A stretch of 64,000 bases of DNA. Origin: Octopus vulgaris. Lineage: Eukaryota. How positions within the stretch are numbered: position 1 is the first letter of the stretch; the number at the start of each line of letters is the position of its first letter. Under the pieces are notes generated by a model, which did no database searches, was not told where the DNA came from, and saw only the letters and a list, made by a program, of their open reading frames with translations. Positions 40,671 to 55,420 of this stretch are shown here, one piece after another. Position numbers and translations under genes: made by a program. Location: positions 47,678,001 to 47,742,000 of the forward strand of contig OX597814.1 in NCBI GenBank assembly GCA_951406725.2, read 5' to 3'.

Positions 40671-42599
40671 ATTAGCTAGAGACATACAATATTATTCTTC
40701 ATGAAAATTAATGATTAAATTTAAAATCAAGTTATTCAGATATTTAGTTTCTATAGAATTACAAGAGAGTTTTGAATAATATTTTGCTATATCACGGGAA
40801 AGGCATTGTGCCAATAATAAATACAGACACACCGGTTCTGTTTCACGGCTTTATTATTTAGTTGTCAATTGCTTAACTATGAAATCAATTAATTAATCGA
40901 TTGCTTGATTAATTGTTCGGTCGATAACTCAATCAATTAGGTTTGTCAAAGTCCTTTCGTCGCCATTTGCTACCTCATCAATGACATACCTTCTCTACTC
41001 CAGCTCTATCTGTTCGAATATTTCCAATTATATCTTATTCATTTATTCGTCACTATTTTCTCTCCAATATTAATCAATGAAACGTATATCTATTGTTTAT
41101 CCGAGGATACTGAACACATTGAGAAAGAACATCTTAAGGAAATGAAATCCGTTCTATACTGACAGGAAACACATCTCCTAAGTTTGTGTATTCTAAGAAA
41201 ACTAATCATCTTCACTGGCGCCGTCGCCGCCGTCGTTGTCTTCGTTGTCGCCGTCATCATCATCGCCGACCCCCCACCACCTCCAGGTCAGGATTTGTGC
41301 AGTTTCCTTGTTGCAGTAAATAAAGTGAACCTTTATACAGATGTCATAAAGGAATCTAACTTTAAAAAATAACGTCGAGTAAAGTACACTGTATGATGGT
41401 TGGCATTGGTGGCGAAGTTTAATCTTCGAAACAAAGAAAGGGGTGAGTGAAACCTCTGTGATTCTTGTGAAAAAGAAAAAAAAAATGAATTAGTTGAGTA
41501 TGCTAGGGGGGATTGCTGTGAGGAAACCTAGAAGGATAGAAAAACTCGATAATTTTAAACCTGTTGTTTATCACCAAATGATAAAAAAATACTGGAGATG
41601 ATAAAAGGTGAGAAGAAAGAAAAAATGAAGAAAATGCAAAGAAAAAATAAGAGAAAGAAAGCAGAAACCTAAAGGACATTGTAACGGTGGTCGAAGAAGG
41701 TTGTTAGCAACACTGTGAAGGCTCAGTCCAGCATAAAAAATTTTTACATTATTATTTTTGGTTTAAAATTTTATATTACACAAAACCATAAAAATCTTGT
41801 CAGGAAGCATTAACTGTTATTATTTCCTGCTTTAAGCTTTATTTTAGCTGACATGACATATTTGTGGAATCAAATGGCTGATTATGCCTTCGTAGGGACT
41901 CCCTTTAGGGATCAGTTTCTGTTTTCTGTTTCCAGAGATAGCCAAACCCTAAGGTTGTTGGCTTTAAAAAGTAACTGAAAAAAAGTGACCTTGTGGACAG
42001 CACCAGCTAAATTTGATAATCGACTATAAGTTAGTGATTGCAGCTCCAGCTGTTTAAACTTATTGCTTCTCATTTGCGTATGAAAAAGAGATCAATGACT
42101 GCGATAGAGCATGTGGAGATAATAATTGCACTCTGGATGTCACTGATACAATTTCCTCGAATAGAAACAAAAAAAGCCTGCAAATGTTTCTTTGCATATT
42201 GACATTCATATTGGGAACCAATAGGATACACAAGTAATGTACAATCAAAACACAATCGATGTATAATGTAAATTCACCAATACTAGAAACTTCCATAATA
42301 AATATTCGAGAAGTGTATCTTAGATTAGTCAACATAACAGGCTTCGTTTATTTTCCAAGTTTCAACCCCAAGAAGGATTGAACTCAGTACCATTAGTTAA
42401 CAAGATATTTCAAAATACAATATTGCCGAGGACGGTAGATTGGTTGAGTCAATAGAGCATCGATCAGGTTGGTTGTATTTAGATGTTATACACTTGAGAT
42501 ACTTATGTACTTCTACAACTAATGATTAAAGACATGCATGTACCCCACTTTGTGTATTAATTTCTGTTTCTCTTGTTTGTACCGTCATATCTATATAAT

Positions 42600-43020
42600 A
42601 GTTTCAAAATTTGGTACAAATCAGTTTTAGTGGAGGATAAATCGATTACAGTGACCTCAGTGCTTAACTGCTCTTTATTTTATCGACACTGAAAGGATAA
42701 AAGGAAAAGTTGACCTCAATGAAATTTGAACTCAGAACGCAATCAGCCGCAAGAATTTCCATTAAGCAATTTTTTCGATGTTCTAACAATTCTGTCAGAT
42801 CGCCGCCTTACCAAATCTGTATACTTTTTTTTTACTATAGATACAAGGCCAGCAGTTTTAGGAGAAGTGGGTAAGTTAATTACATCGACCACAGTGTGCA
42901 TCTGGTACTTATTTTATCGACCCCATAAGGATGAAAGGCAAGGTCGACCTTGGCAGCTTTTAAACTCAGAACGTAAACACGGACGAAATGCTGCTAAGCA
43001 TTTTCTCCGGCGTGCTAATC
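42600..43020 (-). mobile_element. Two tandem decayed SINE family A copies
   Basis: Two blocks with tttatcgac...aaggat...aaagg...gacct...aactcagaacg. Confidence 0.8.
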
Positions 43021-43045
43021 ATACCCATATAAAAACGATAAACGT

Positions 43046-43190
43046 CGCCCTTTTCAAGCCTAGCTAGGCTCATGGGCCCAATTTCCCGGTTTCTGTGGCG
43101 TATGTGTTCCTCCCCAGCTGGACGGGACGCCAGTCCATCGCAGCGTTACTCAAGAAACAGGAAGAGAGAGTGAGAGAAAGTTGTGGCGAA
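43046..43190 (-). mobile_element. 5'-truncated SINE family C
   Basis: Reverse complement of the 55270-55420 tail (gcgatggactggcgtcccgtccagctgggg). Confidence 0.85.
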
Positions 43191-43590
43191 TTTAGTAGAC
43201 TGCTGAGTTAAAATAATTTTCTGTATAAAATCTGGAAATTTTCTCTAAATATTGAAAATATTCAAATACAAGTGAAATATTTTAAAGTAAGAACTGTTGA
43301 AAATGAAAATTCACCGTTCTAAGAGTAAACCTTTAAAAGCAGAGGAACAATTAGAACACATAACGTTTAAAACAATATTTGCAAAAGGAAATTCTTAGCT
43401 GAAACGGTGCAAATAATGCCTGAATGACACAATAATGTTTGAGTCATGTGCCAAAGAAAAACTCATGTTTTCTTATTTATATACACAGTATAAATTATCT
43501 TTGAAACTATTTGTTCGTTTGTAGTCCTCTGTGTGTGTGTGTATGATTAAGGGGAAAGAAAATAGACGACAACTATTGTTGGACATTGTT

Positions 43591-43629
<39 letters not shown>

Positions 43630-43702
43630 CGTAGCAATCGTATTAGTCTGGTCTATGAAAACTAGTCACTGCTTATAATAGATATGAACTCATAGTATTT
43701 AC

Positions 43703-43890
43703 AAGAGAAGTCAGAAGGAAAGTTACAGCATTTACGCCTTCATCCAGAGCGTTAGCAAAGAAATTGAAGCGGCTGAACAAAGAATCAAAATGGGATCCAT
43801 GAGACGGGTCACCGAAAATGTAGTTCGTGTTTGATGAGTGTCGTCTAAAGCTATGAATCATGACATTCATATCATCACAAATGAATTTAT
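43703..43890 (-). CDS. Candidate internal exon (DKFICDDMNVMIHSFRRHSSNTNYIFGDPSHGSHFDSLFSRFNFFANALDEGVNAVTFLLTSL)
   Basis: Acceptor ttattattttag|AT. Only phase 1 is open, and the sequence is non-repetitive with higher GC. The donor is ambiguous (several gtaaat/gtaact sites). Confidence 0.35.
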
Positions 43891-44099
43891 CTAAAATAAT
43901 AACAGCCGGGCAAAATTATTGTTTTTCTCCATGGTGGCTAATTTTTTTTGTCGCTAGAATTTAACAAAATATTTCTTGTTAATGTCAGTTTTGGTTAACC
44001 CCAGTTCAAACCTGGATCAGAAACACTATCATCAAAGACATGGTCATCTCATTTAAAGTGTCTTTTCCTTAAGACAGCAGGGTTATATTTGAAGAAACA

Positions 44100-44293
44100 T
44101 TGGTTTCAAATTTTGGCACAAAGCTAACAATTTCAGGTGTGGGAGAGTAAGTCGATTACATCGCGACCCCGAAAGGATGAAAGTAAAATCAATCTTGGAG
44201 GACGTAAACACAGACGTAAAGAACGTAAAAACAGACGAAATGCCGCTAAGGATTTTGCCCAGTGTACTAACGACTCTGTCATCTCGCTGCCTA
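44100..44293 (-). mobile_element. Decayed SINE family A
   Basis: ttttggcacaa...gtcgattacatcg...gaccccgaaaggatgaaag...gacgaaatgccgctaag. Confidence 0.8.
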
Positions 44294-45418
44294 AATATTT
44301 AAAGAAGTATTGACTATTTCTTTCAGGGTTGTTGAACAACCACTTAAATACTCCTCACGTTGTTTATGATGTTGTTTCTGATTGAGTAGATTCATGATTA
44401 AACGCGTTTTATCTAGAAGCATCCCGTCTTTTTGTATATATAAGAGTACATCGTCCAATGTATTTTTCCTTTTATTAGATGCGAGAGTATGGTGTTAAGT
44501 GAATTCGAAGCCATCATATAGAGGCTCCCTCGCGGGTTCGTATTTTTTATGCAGTTGTTAGTGTTGTTTCTGTTTTAACTTCCACTAATGGAGTTAATGG
44601 CGCAGTTAGTCTCCAAAACTTAAAATAAGATTTCTGAAATGGATAATGAATATGTTCGGAGGGAGGATGATTGATTTTGTCAGTGGTATATCGAATAAAC
44701 ATGTCATAATATAGTTTTGGAATAAATGTGTTTTAGATGTAATTTCTTCAAATATAGATTAGAAGATTATGGCGGAAACTAAGAAAGCCACGAGATCTAT
44801 ATTTAACAAAGAACGAAATGTCATTTCCGAAAAAGCTGTTAATAAACTTAGCAGATGTTGCAACTGTAAAGAAATTATGAATCAAACGGAAACAATAACA
44901 GCAAAAACTTGAACATCAAAGCAGTTTTTTTTTTCATAATTATCCGAGGAATACTATCTGAATTTGTAATAATACTCAATTAAAACCCCCAAATAGATGA
45001 AGTAGGAAATGAAAATCCATTGTAGAATGTGAAAATATTTTAACTTTCACAGTTTAACAACATGTAGCAACAGACAACACATTAACGTGCCATTTACGTT
45101 CCATTAAAATAATTGCCAAGATTTGACATTTCTCCAGACAGGCTGATAATGAATATTCTTTATAGAATACCAAACCAATGACTTTTATAGCAAAGATGTC
45201 AGATATTTCTGTAAAACTATGCGTATTAGTCCAAGCCTAGAGCAACTAAAACTTTCTGTTATTGATGGAAACACAATTAATTCACTTTGATGATTCGTTC
45301 AAATAATTAATATATTTCTGAATGAAAAGATTTGGTTTCGTTAATGCAAGCTACTAAATTCAATTTCCATTTGGTATGGGGTTCAATCACTCTGTCACTA
45401 TCTCTCTTTTACGCTTAC

Positions 45419-45452
45419 CTACTTTTCTATCTGGTAAATGATTGATATATTT
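45419..45452 (-). CDS. Candidate 34-nt exon (KYINHLPDRKV)
   Basis: Strong donor AG|gtaagc at 45418, but the acceptor catatag is weak. Phases 0 to 1 fit the neighbouring candidates. Confidence 0.2.
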
Positions 45453-48254
45453 CTATATGATGTGATAGTCATGTCTGGAATACCGTCGATCATAGTTGTG
45501 ATAAATCAAGATTGACTTGGTGCTAAACAACAACAGCAGCAATAGCAGCAGCAGTGGTGGCGGCAGCAGCTGCAGCAGCAATAACCCTTTTGCTAAAGGG
45601 CTGACTTGGAATTTCAAATTTCCAGAATCGATAATATACATATCAGTTACATACTGTATCGCTTCAATTAACTATACCATTAACTCTATAAAATCTTCTG
45701 CTGAATCAAAAGAAACTAATACTTATTTTAACTAATAACTTTTTTCATATCCACCAATGTATACAAAACTCGGTTCTCTTCGATTCTACTTCAAAGAAAA
45801 TTGATCTGCAATTGATTTTGAAAATCAGAATTCCTTTCAGATTACTCAATATTGAAATGGCAAACTATTTTCATTTGTTTTGTAAGCGTAGCTTTATTAT
45901 TTTTCTTCAAAACATTATTGTTTTTTTTTGTTTCATCTCCTAAGCCACTTGACTTCAAAGGACGGATTATATCTTATTTAGTTTTGTAAGCAGATTACAT
46001 AGGATAGTTAGATACATGCTTTATTTGACATATCGTGCAATAGACTTTTCATATCTTCTTTTTGTATTGATTTATTACATTTCGAATAGTTAAATTCATG
46101 TCTGTCCTAAATTTACAATAAAAGCGTTAATATTAAACAAAATAGCATAAAGATCTTTTAGTTTCATCTTATTAGAAGATTTGTATATACAATGTATATC
46201 AGTTGTTACTAACTACGATAAATGTAATATAGCTTTACATAAGGGGACTTAGCAACTGTATTTTAAGAAACAGCAATGATAAGAAACAAACAATATCTCT
46301 AGATATTAATAAAGTTTTGTCCAGAAACTATAGAAATTTAATATGTTGTATTTCATGTTTATGTAATGTTTTGTCCATAAATATTGAGCAGTCTAAACGA
46401 AGTTATGATTCACTGAAGAATAAAATACTTAGTCGCTAGAATATTATAAGTAAAAAAAAAAAGACAAAAAATGCAAAAAAATCCCCCAAAACCTTGAATT
46501 TGCGCAAAACAATACTTAAATCTTCAAATAACTTCTACACATCTAAGAGTTAATATTTATAATCTCGACTTCAATTAAATATTTTAATATTTTTAGTATG
46601 TTAAAGTTGCAGACAAACACTGGAAACCAGTTAATTGATTGTATCGTACCTCCAAAAATATGTGGACTTAGACAAGTTTCAGAGATAAATATTTTAACTA
46701 ACATGCTTTATTGTACTCCACCCCAACCACACAAAATAAGAAAGTATTTTCTTCTGATTACCTTATAATTTACCTTGGCAACGTTTCTACTACACTTAAA
46801 TACATTTCATTATCTGTTCTTCCTCCAAGGCCTTGTGACTATAATAGAAAGGATTATTTATATTCTCTTACCTATAGACATTAAAATATTTGCCCTTAAC
46901 AACTGCACATCAACACACAATACAGATGGCAAACCAACAAAGTGGTCGCTAAATCTGTTGAAAATAGAAACCAAATTCCTTTAACGCGCACACACGTGTG
47001 CATGTGTGCGTGTGTATGTGTGTGTGTGTGTGTGTGTGTAAAAGAAGAGCTAGTTATGGTTTTCACGCCTTTGATCATAGGCCTGTCCAGAGAGGTCTTT
47101 TCTTAGGTTAAACAGCAACATTTAGAAAATCAGATTGTTATGCATAACTATACGCATGAAATAGCCAATATTATGTGAACACTATATTCATGGTTCTAAT
47201 CGTATTCATATGAGCACACATATATAAACATTTTCATAATCATAAGCTATTATACCAGTTTATTAAAAAAAAAAACAGTGGATAATATGGGTCCCAATTT
47301 TTTAAAATCAAATTTCTTTTGTATAGGCATGTAAGTGTCCATATTTAAAAAAAAATGATATTTGACAGAAAACCGTCATATGATTAAAGAAGAAATATGT
47401 GAAACTAATGTGGCTGGTTTGCCAGGAAAAAATGCAGGCGATTGATATCACAAAGAAGCAGACGATATCTGGTGCCTATATGAACTATTTGTATTCGACC
47501 TCAAGAGAAATGAGGAAATAACATTTTTATTATTTGTACATTTCGTAGACTTTTCTTTTATTTGTTAAATAAAAGCATGTACAAAAACGAAGGTACAACT
47601 CCAAAGATGATTTTATGTATTAATGTCAATATTTTCAACATAAGCATTTAATACTTCTATTTACATAAGTTTGTGTAGACACGCGGTAGGGTGGGGTGGA
47701 GAGGAGTGGAATACATAAACGAATCCGAAGTATTACTTTGTCTAAACTCGGAGTCTCAACTCCTGACGGAATTACAGAGGCGTCGTCGTGACATACGGTA
47801 CGTCTTAGGCATTTAAAAATATCTGATGGTGTCCATCGCTCTTCAGGTCTGAACTTACATGATTTCTTCCAGGCAGTAGATGGAAAGAAAGAGAAGAATC
47901 GTTACCAGTAAAGGGCTGGTACTTTATTTACCACTACCCAAAAGATGAAATGGAAGCTGACCTCGGCCAGATTTGATGTCAGAGAAGTTTTACTTAAAAC
48001 ACAAAGCAATTAATCTGAGCACCGCTCCAACGACTCGGCAAATTTCCCCTTTTATCCGAAATATTGATGTTTGTTGCTGTTGTTTGCACATTATAATTCA
48101 TATTTGTTATAGTTTGCGACGCTTCATTTACATTTTATCTTTTGGTGTTGCAGCAGTGTTGAACTTCACTGGCAGCAACGCATATATTTGTGTGTCTCTT
48201 CTCTTCTCTTCTTCACCACGCATATTTTTCTCTGTTACTTTCATGAACACATAC

Positions 48255-48418
48255 TTTTCTCCCGTCTGTCGCAAGACACTTATTTCTGTGATGAATGCGT
48301 TGCATACAGTCTATGGCTATCATACAGAGTAGCCACAAACTATGTGTGTTACTATATGCATGCCAGCAAGGGTGCTTGTATACTGTTGCTCCATACGCAA
48401 AAATATCAGCCCACTTTT
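48255..48418 (-). CDS. Candidate Cys-rich exon (KWADIFAYGATVYKHPCWHAYSNTHSLWLLCMIAIDCMQRIHHRNKCLATDGRK)
   Basis: tttatag|AA...AAA|gtatgt; 164 nt, open in phase 1 to 0. No homology recognised. Confidence 0.3.
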
Positions 48419-48947
48419 CTATAAATCATTCTCTCGTCTTATAAAATGATATATTGTAGTGTATAGTTCTAGATATATAAAAAAGTTCGTCGTCGATTTC
48501 TACAACTACTAACAGTGGCACCAGCAGAAGTGCTAGTAGTGGTAGTAGTAGCAGAAAAGTTACATATATATGTATAATTTATACAGACAAACAGACAGAC
48601 AGATAGACAGATACATAGATAAATAGGTAGATAGAAAAATTGATTGATTGATTGATAGTCAGGCAGACAGTCAGGTAGGTAAGTGGATAGAACAATAACT
48701 TCTGCAAGACTTGTTTTCCTCGCCACAAAATTTGTCAAAGAGCCCTCTTTGAGAAATTCTTTAGCGAAAAAAATATGTATGTATGTGTATATGTGTATGT
48801 GTGTATGTATATTTATATGTGTGTGTATATATATATATGTATGTATGTATGTATGCATGTATGTAAGTATATGGATACATGTGTGTGTGTGTATATATGT
48901 ATATACATATATACGAAGAAACATCTTTAGTATATTCTGTCCTGCTC

Positions 48948-49027
<80 letters not shown>

Positions 49028-50236
49028 AATATGAGACTAGAAAAAGAGCTAACAACTGATAAAGGGTCATTCTTTGTTGTTTGTGTTGCTTACCATTTGT
49101 GTCTTTCGTTGTTCGAAAGAATAGTAAATGTTCCATGTTCTCGTGCTTCGTACTTTTTTGTTGTACACTTTTCAATACCTATATACGTATAGATGTAAGT
49201 ATGTACATATACGTAGGTGTATATGCATACACACACGCACACACACACGCACACACACACGCACACACACACACACACACACAAGACTTCGTAGCTTGTA
49301 GTTACACTTGCTTACCTTCCCCCATCACCAACATTACCATCACCACGAATAAAATCATTAGTTTAAATTCACAAATAAAGTACGCAGTCATGAATACCAT
49401 ACACAGACGCATACTCAAACATATACCAACACATGTACGTCTCTACACTTATCTCATTCACTCTTAAACATGTGCACACTTTCTCTCACTCAGTATTTTA
49501 CACGCTTTCTCACTCTTTGTTTCACACACATACATACACATACATAAGTACATGTGTACATTTTCTCATACGCATTTGTATACAGTCCACATACACTCGC
49601 TTTTCTATGCATATTATAGACACACGCATACGAACTGAGCTTTCCGGCTTTGTTTTGACGATTTGGTAAGGTCTCCAAGATATTTTGTGAAGATATTTTG
49701 TATTGAACCACCACCAATTAGCTTTTGGCTCAAAGCCAAATACACATCCTTCTTTACAAACACACGCATCCGTGTGCACGTACACACGTACACTACACAC
49801 ACCATGCACCCGAAAACACCCACCCACCCACCCAGTACAGCATAAACAAACAAAAATCTGAACCTGCCAAATCTTTAGGGTGCATGAAAGAATTACTTGC
49901 ATGAAATTAATCCTAAATGCAGTTGGATAACCAAAGATACTGCCACACGACCACACGTAAGCGTTTGTCTCCTTTTTAAGAATTTTGAAGTGATGCTATT
50001 TTTTGCTGCTTTCTTATACGTACCGTGTAATAGACTAAATTTCGTATTTTCTGTTAATGTAGCTTAAAGCAAAAATTAAACTTTGTAAATCAAAAGAAAA
50101 ATTAAGACAATATAAAAATTTTATATGTAAAAATTAGACATTTTATATTTTTGACTGACAAAATTCGATTGAACTGCAGCAAGGAATAATTATTTATACT
50201 CTAAGCACAAGGCCTTGACAACAAAGAATGAATTTA

Positions 50237-50460
50237 TAGTAATCTCTTGCCATATCGTGGTTCACCTATCGCAGTTTATTATTTAAGATTACGTCGATCC
50301 TCTGTGGTGTTGTTTTGCATTCATAATAATAAAATATATATACAAATTATATACATATAAAAATATATATACTGTACAGTATTGTTTCTACTTCGCGGAT
50401 TTTCACCTATCGCAGGGGGTTTTGGAACGTAACAACCTCGATAGTCGATAAGATAAGCTG
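50237..50460. mobile_element. Tigger/pogo-type MITE, decayed
   Basis: tagtaatctcttgccatatcgtggttcacctatcgc ... cgcggattttcacctatcgcaggggg..tggaacgtaac..cgata...ctg is the typical Tigger MITE end structure. Confidence 0.65.
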
Positions 50461-52104
50461 AACGTTAACTTCTTTTTTAACAATTATACTTTTGTATATA
50501 TTTATACATATTTGTATCAATTACTTACTTCAGCTAGGAAGGCCAAAAGGCAAACTTTCTACTGACATTATTTAAAGTTAAACCCATAGCTAATTACTGT
50601 TAGGCATCTGATATGGTTTCCTACAAAGATTAACATAACTTTCTGAATGTTATAATTATTTGAAGATAAATGTACCTACCTAATTTTATCTTTACGTGAA
50701 CGTATGCACTCACAAACAGACATTTATGTAGACTAATTGGATGAGTGAATGGGCTGACCTAAAACGCCGCTCGATTTTAGCAGAAAACACAATTGCAAAC
50801 ATTCAGAATCAATATAGCGACTGTTACAAAATATCTCACAAGAGGGGTTCGCGTCAGATGAAATAATTATTGCTATAGCACGCTGCGCAATCATTTAAGG
50901 CGTAATCCCTTATACTGTTTCTAATCCAGTATATGACCGGTGTCCTTTCTCAGCGGTCCTGAAATTTTGAGAAGTGCACCTCAAGTCATTGATTTTTTAT
51001 TGGATTGAACTCAGAGAATAAGGAAGAGACTGACTAAGGCGTTTAGTGAGTGTCAGGGAGACTTATACAGTGAGTGAAAATGTAACTTTTATTTGTACAA
51101 CTTTTCATACCGTAGCCATGTAGAGGGAATTAAATAATTTGAATGTAATTATGCATTCAAACTTATTTTGCAGGATAATACGATCACTAGGTAAAAAGTG
51201 TTGAGATTTATATACAAATATCTAATAAAACATACTTATGTATATAAGTATAGGGAATTCAAGAAGATTATACGGCGATTATACTCCGCATTGTACTAGA
51301 GATAGAAAGAAATCTACGGTGCTATTTATTTTTATTATCTGAAATCTTGTGTCTAATAGATTAAACTTTTATATTTTATCTTAAACTCTATGTTATGCAT
51401 GCATAATACGCATAAAGTAAACACACGCCGGCAAATATATTAATATTACAAATTAAAAAAATAATAAAAAACATACAATGAATAAAAAGACAAAAGAAAC
51501 AGTTAAATGATACATGCTGATTTTATGTTTATTTAGAAATCTACAATGAAGAGGTCATTTCACAGACGCTAAACTACAAATTTCACAGGGTACAACTTTA
51601 AAGTTGACACCACTCCGCTAAACGCAGAAAATTTCTGTCTCGTTATTGGTTATAAATACACAGATTTTCCGATTTTTAATCCTCTGTAACTTTTTCTTCC
51701 AATTTTTTTCTCCACAACATCATACCTTCATAGCAATTAGACTGGAAAACTTTATTATTATAGCCGATTTTCAGATTTTTCATACTGTCTTTTCAAAAAT
51801 GCATGTTTTGCGAATGAAAAAACAAACAAACTAGATACCATTTTATTGCCGAATTATGCACTTTCTATGCTCCATCCATCTCCACGTTCTGACCTTCTCT
51901 TGGTATAGCAGAAACGTTAGAGTAGCAATTCTAGCACTACGCTTTCCTAAGTTCTAATTTCAAATTTCACCTTTTATTAAATTTTAAATTTTACCTTCTT
52001 TACTAAACAAGTTCACTTTTTTTTCAGGACATCAGAGTCAATAAAATAAGTGTTTTACCTTCTCACAATTTTTTTGGACTCGAAGTTACGACTTTTCTTA
52101 CATA

Positions 52105-52529
52105 GAGATAGAAAATAATAGACAGGACATAACAATTATAGAAAGGAAAAGCAAGGTTGCTTACTAATAAATCAATCATACCCATTTGATTCCAGGATCG
52201 TAAAGAAAGAGGGGAAAAAATCCCTTAACATTTGAAATAGCATGCGAAATAGTAATTTGGAGCATGCGAACAGTAATGGTCGTGCCTATAATGAATGGTG
52301 CGTTGGGAACAGTAAGTAAAGATATGGACAAATGACTGAAGGAGATTGGAATAGTATGCCCGGTAGAGTTCCTACAGAAAGTTTCTCTCTTAGGGACAGT
52401 AATGATTATCAGGAGGGGTCTAAGCATTTGAAAGATATCTGAAAACTTGTGGGTACCTAAGGTTACAGGTAGTAATCCGCTATCTACATAAACGCTACTA
52501 GGAATAAGACCGAACCTGAGCCAAACCAA
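52105..52529 (+). mobile_element. R4/Dong-type LINE 3' fragment ending in (AAT)n
   Basis: IENNRQDITII...YPFDSRIVKKE...VVPIMNGALGTVSK...LQKVSLLGTVMIIRR is the restriction-like endonuclease C-terminus. Confidence 0.8.
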
Positions 52530-52567
<38 letters not shown>

Positions 52568-52898
52568 CAATATTTTAATCAGTAAATATTATCAAAAGTA
52601 TTTTTAAATGTACATAACAGCAAATATCTTTTACTGTCATCTTAAGATCACACTATCATGTTATAATCACATTGCTTTTAAAGCAAACTTCTAATTTTCT
52701 TATGTTTTGACAAATATTCTCTAGAACAATACTTGTGCAAAACCAAAAGTACGGCACCCTAGTCGTAACATCAACCTGAACTTCTAACTTGTTGTCTGTT
52801 GAGTTCTCTGGGTGAGACTTGGAGTCAACTTGTACAAATACAAAGCAAAAGCCAAACATATAATAATAATGATGATGATGATGATGACGACGACGACG

Positions 52899-52930
<32 letters not shown>

Positions 52931-52940
52931 AATAATAATA

Positions 52941-53600
52941 AGTGATAAGTACAGAATCTGTGGACAAAATGGTGAAACTGTATGGCATATTACCAGCCAA
53001 TGCACGCCACTAGTCCAGAAGGAATATAACAGACACCTTACGACAATATAACAAGGCTTGTCCATCGGACACTTTGCAATAAGTATGGACTTGACAGAGC
53101 AAAAAATTGGTACGACCACAAACCGGAAGGCATCGTCGAAAATAAAAATGCAAAGATCCTATGGGATTTTATGATTCAGTGCGACCATGAGATAGAGAAT
53201 AGGAAGCCAAACATAGTCTTAATTGAGAAAGAAAGCAAACTATGCTGGATCATAGATATAGCATGCCCAGCTGACAACAAGGTATGCGATAAGGAAGAAA
53301 GAAAAGTCGATAGATATGACAGGTTAGCTCGGGAGGTTAAGCAGTTGTGGTCGAGGAAAAAAGGTAGCAGTAGTACCAATAATTGTCGGAGCCTGGGAAC
53401 AGTGAGCAAAGATTTCGAGAAGTACGTGGAACAAATAGGAGCCGCAATAAAGGTGGAGCACTTGCAGAAAACAGCACTGCTTGGAACCGTCCGAATACTC
53501 CGGAAGGGGCTCGAAAAATAAGGGGTGTTACCTTAGTTTACTGGTAGTGAACAGCTGACACCGCCGTACATCTCCAGCGATAGAAGCTGCGCAAAGGCAG
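52941..53600 (+). mobile_element. R4/Dong-type LINE 3' fragment (zinc knuckle plus REL endonuclease)
   Basis: RICGQNGETVWHITSQC, LWDFMIQCDHEIENRKPNIV...IIDIACP...KEERKVDRY and LQKTALLGTVRILRK. Flanked by (AAT)n and (GAT)n. Confidence 0.9.
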
Positions 53601-53790
<190 letters not shown>

Positions 53791-53956
53791 AGCACTCATC
53801 CACCAATTCAGTCATCACCCGACAAACAACAAATATTTCATGGAATTACATTACACAACACATATTCTTACATAAGCCATACTCGACTCTGCAACACCAA
53901 CTGCATTCCAGTTTTACAACACAACTCACGTAGCTCGTGTTCAACATATTCAGCGA

Positions 53957-54075
53957 GCAACATTAAAACATCTAGCGTAAACCACACAACACGAACGAAA
54001 CACAATCACCTCGCAACATTAAAGCATCTAGCGTAAACCACACAACACGAACGAAACACAATCACCTCGCAACAT
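53957..54075. repeat. 56-bp tandem duplication (2.1 copies)
   Basis: gcaacattaaa(a/g)catctagcgtaaaccacacaacacgaacgaaacacaatcacctc occurs at 53957 and 54013. Confidence 0.95.
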
Positions 54076-54825
54076 AATAAAAAAAACACTTACATTACAC
54101 ATACACTGTACAACAGACTGAACACTAAACTAACACCTAGAACAGGGAAAAACAAATCCCACAGCAAAGAAAAATGGATGATAAAATATAAACGTTTACG
54201 ATTATTAATTTCCTAAAGACTATGTGATTCACACATCAAAAATACAGAAGTGTACCTGGTGATGCAATTGAAACTTGCATAAAATCGCTAAAAACATGAT
54301 AAATAATGCATTTCTGCCTCCAATTTTGTCCATATTTTCTCTCTCTTTACCTCTCTGTCTCCCGCTTCCTCTCTATGTAAGAAGAAACTCCTACTGCTGT
54401 TAGCTGAAAAATACGTCTTCGCTTTCTATTTTATCTATTTTTATTTTATTTTTACGTTTTCATGAGAAAGTAGGAAGGGGTTGAAAGGAGTGCAGTGAAA
54501 TTACTCTTTGGTTGTGAGAAGCGAATGAGGATAAGGCAGAGAAATCTTATCTTAATGTTAACTTGATAAATGAAACTAACGCTTGATTTCATTCCAAAAG
54601 GTCTCCATCTTAACTTCACATACACATAGCTACAGAAGGAAATGCAAACATCCTGATATACTCAAAACATAAATATTCACACCCTGGTTTGAGTAAAATG
54701 CCTTGGCAGAATTCATGGGAACAGCAAATCTTGAATGCTAGAAGTTGGTTGCGATTAAAGGGTAAGTTGGATATAACAACTGGGTTTCATGAAAATGAAA
54801 ACGTGTACTACATGTGTATGTTAAA

Positions 54826-54940
<115 letters not shown>

Positions 54941-55129
54941 ATATATGTATATATATATATATATATATATTAAATAAATAAATATATACATGCGTCCATG
55001 CATACATACATTCATACATATATACATACATACACACACATACACATTTATATATAGGTAAGGAGCAAATGTTTATGCTGTAAGCTCTTTCTTATTGTCT
55101 TTAATCTAAATAAAGCATAAATACAATAT

Positions 55130-55420
55130 GGAGGCGCAATGGCCCAGTGGTTAGGGCAGCGAACTCGCGCTCGGAGGATCATCCAGACCGGGTGTTGTGA
55201 GTGTTAATTGAGCGAAAACACCTAAAGCTCCCCGAGGCTCCGGCAGGGGGTGGTGGCGACCCCTCTTGTACTCTTTCGCCCTAACTTTCACTCTTTCTTC
55301 CTGTTTCTTGAGTAACGTTGCGATGGACTGGCGTCCCGTCCAGCTGGGGGGGGGGGCGCATATGTCATAGAAACCGGGAAACCGGGCCCGTTAGCCTGGC
55401 TAGGCTTGAAAAGAGCGCAT
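55130..55420 (+). mobile_element. tRNA-derived SINE family C
   Basis: Head ggaggcgcaatggcccagtggttagggc with the B-box partly deleted; tail gcgatggactggcgtcccgtccag; flanking aatacaatat repeat. Confidence 0.85.
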
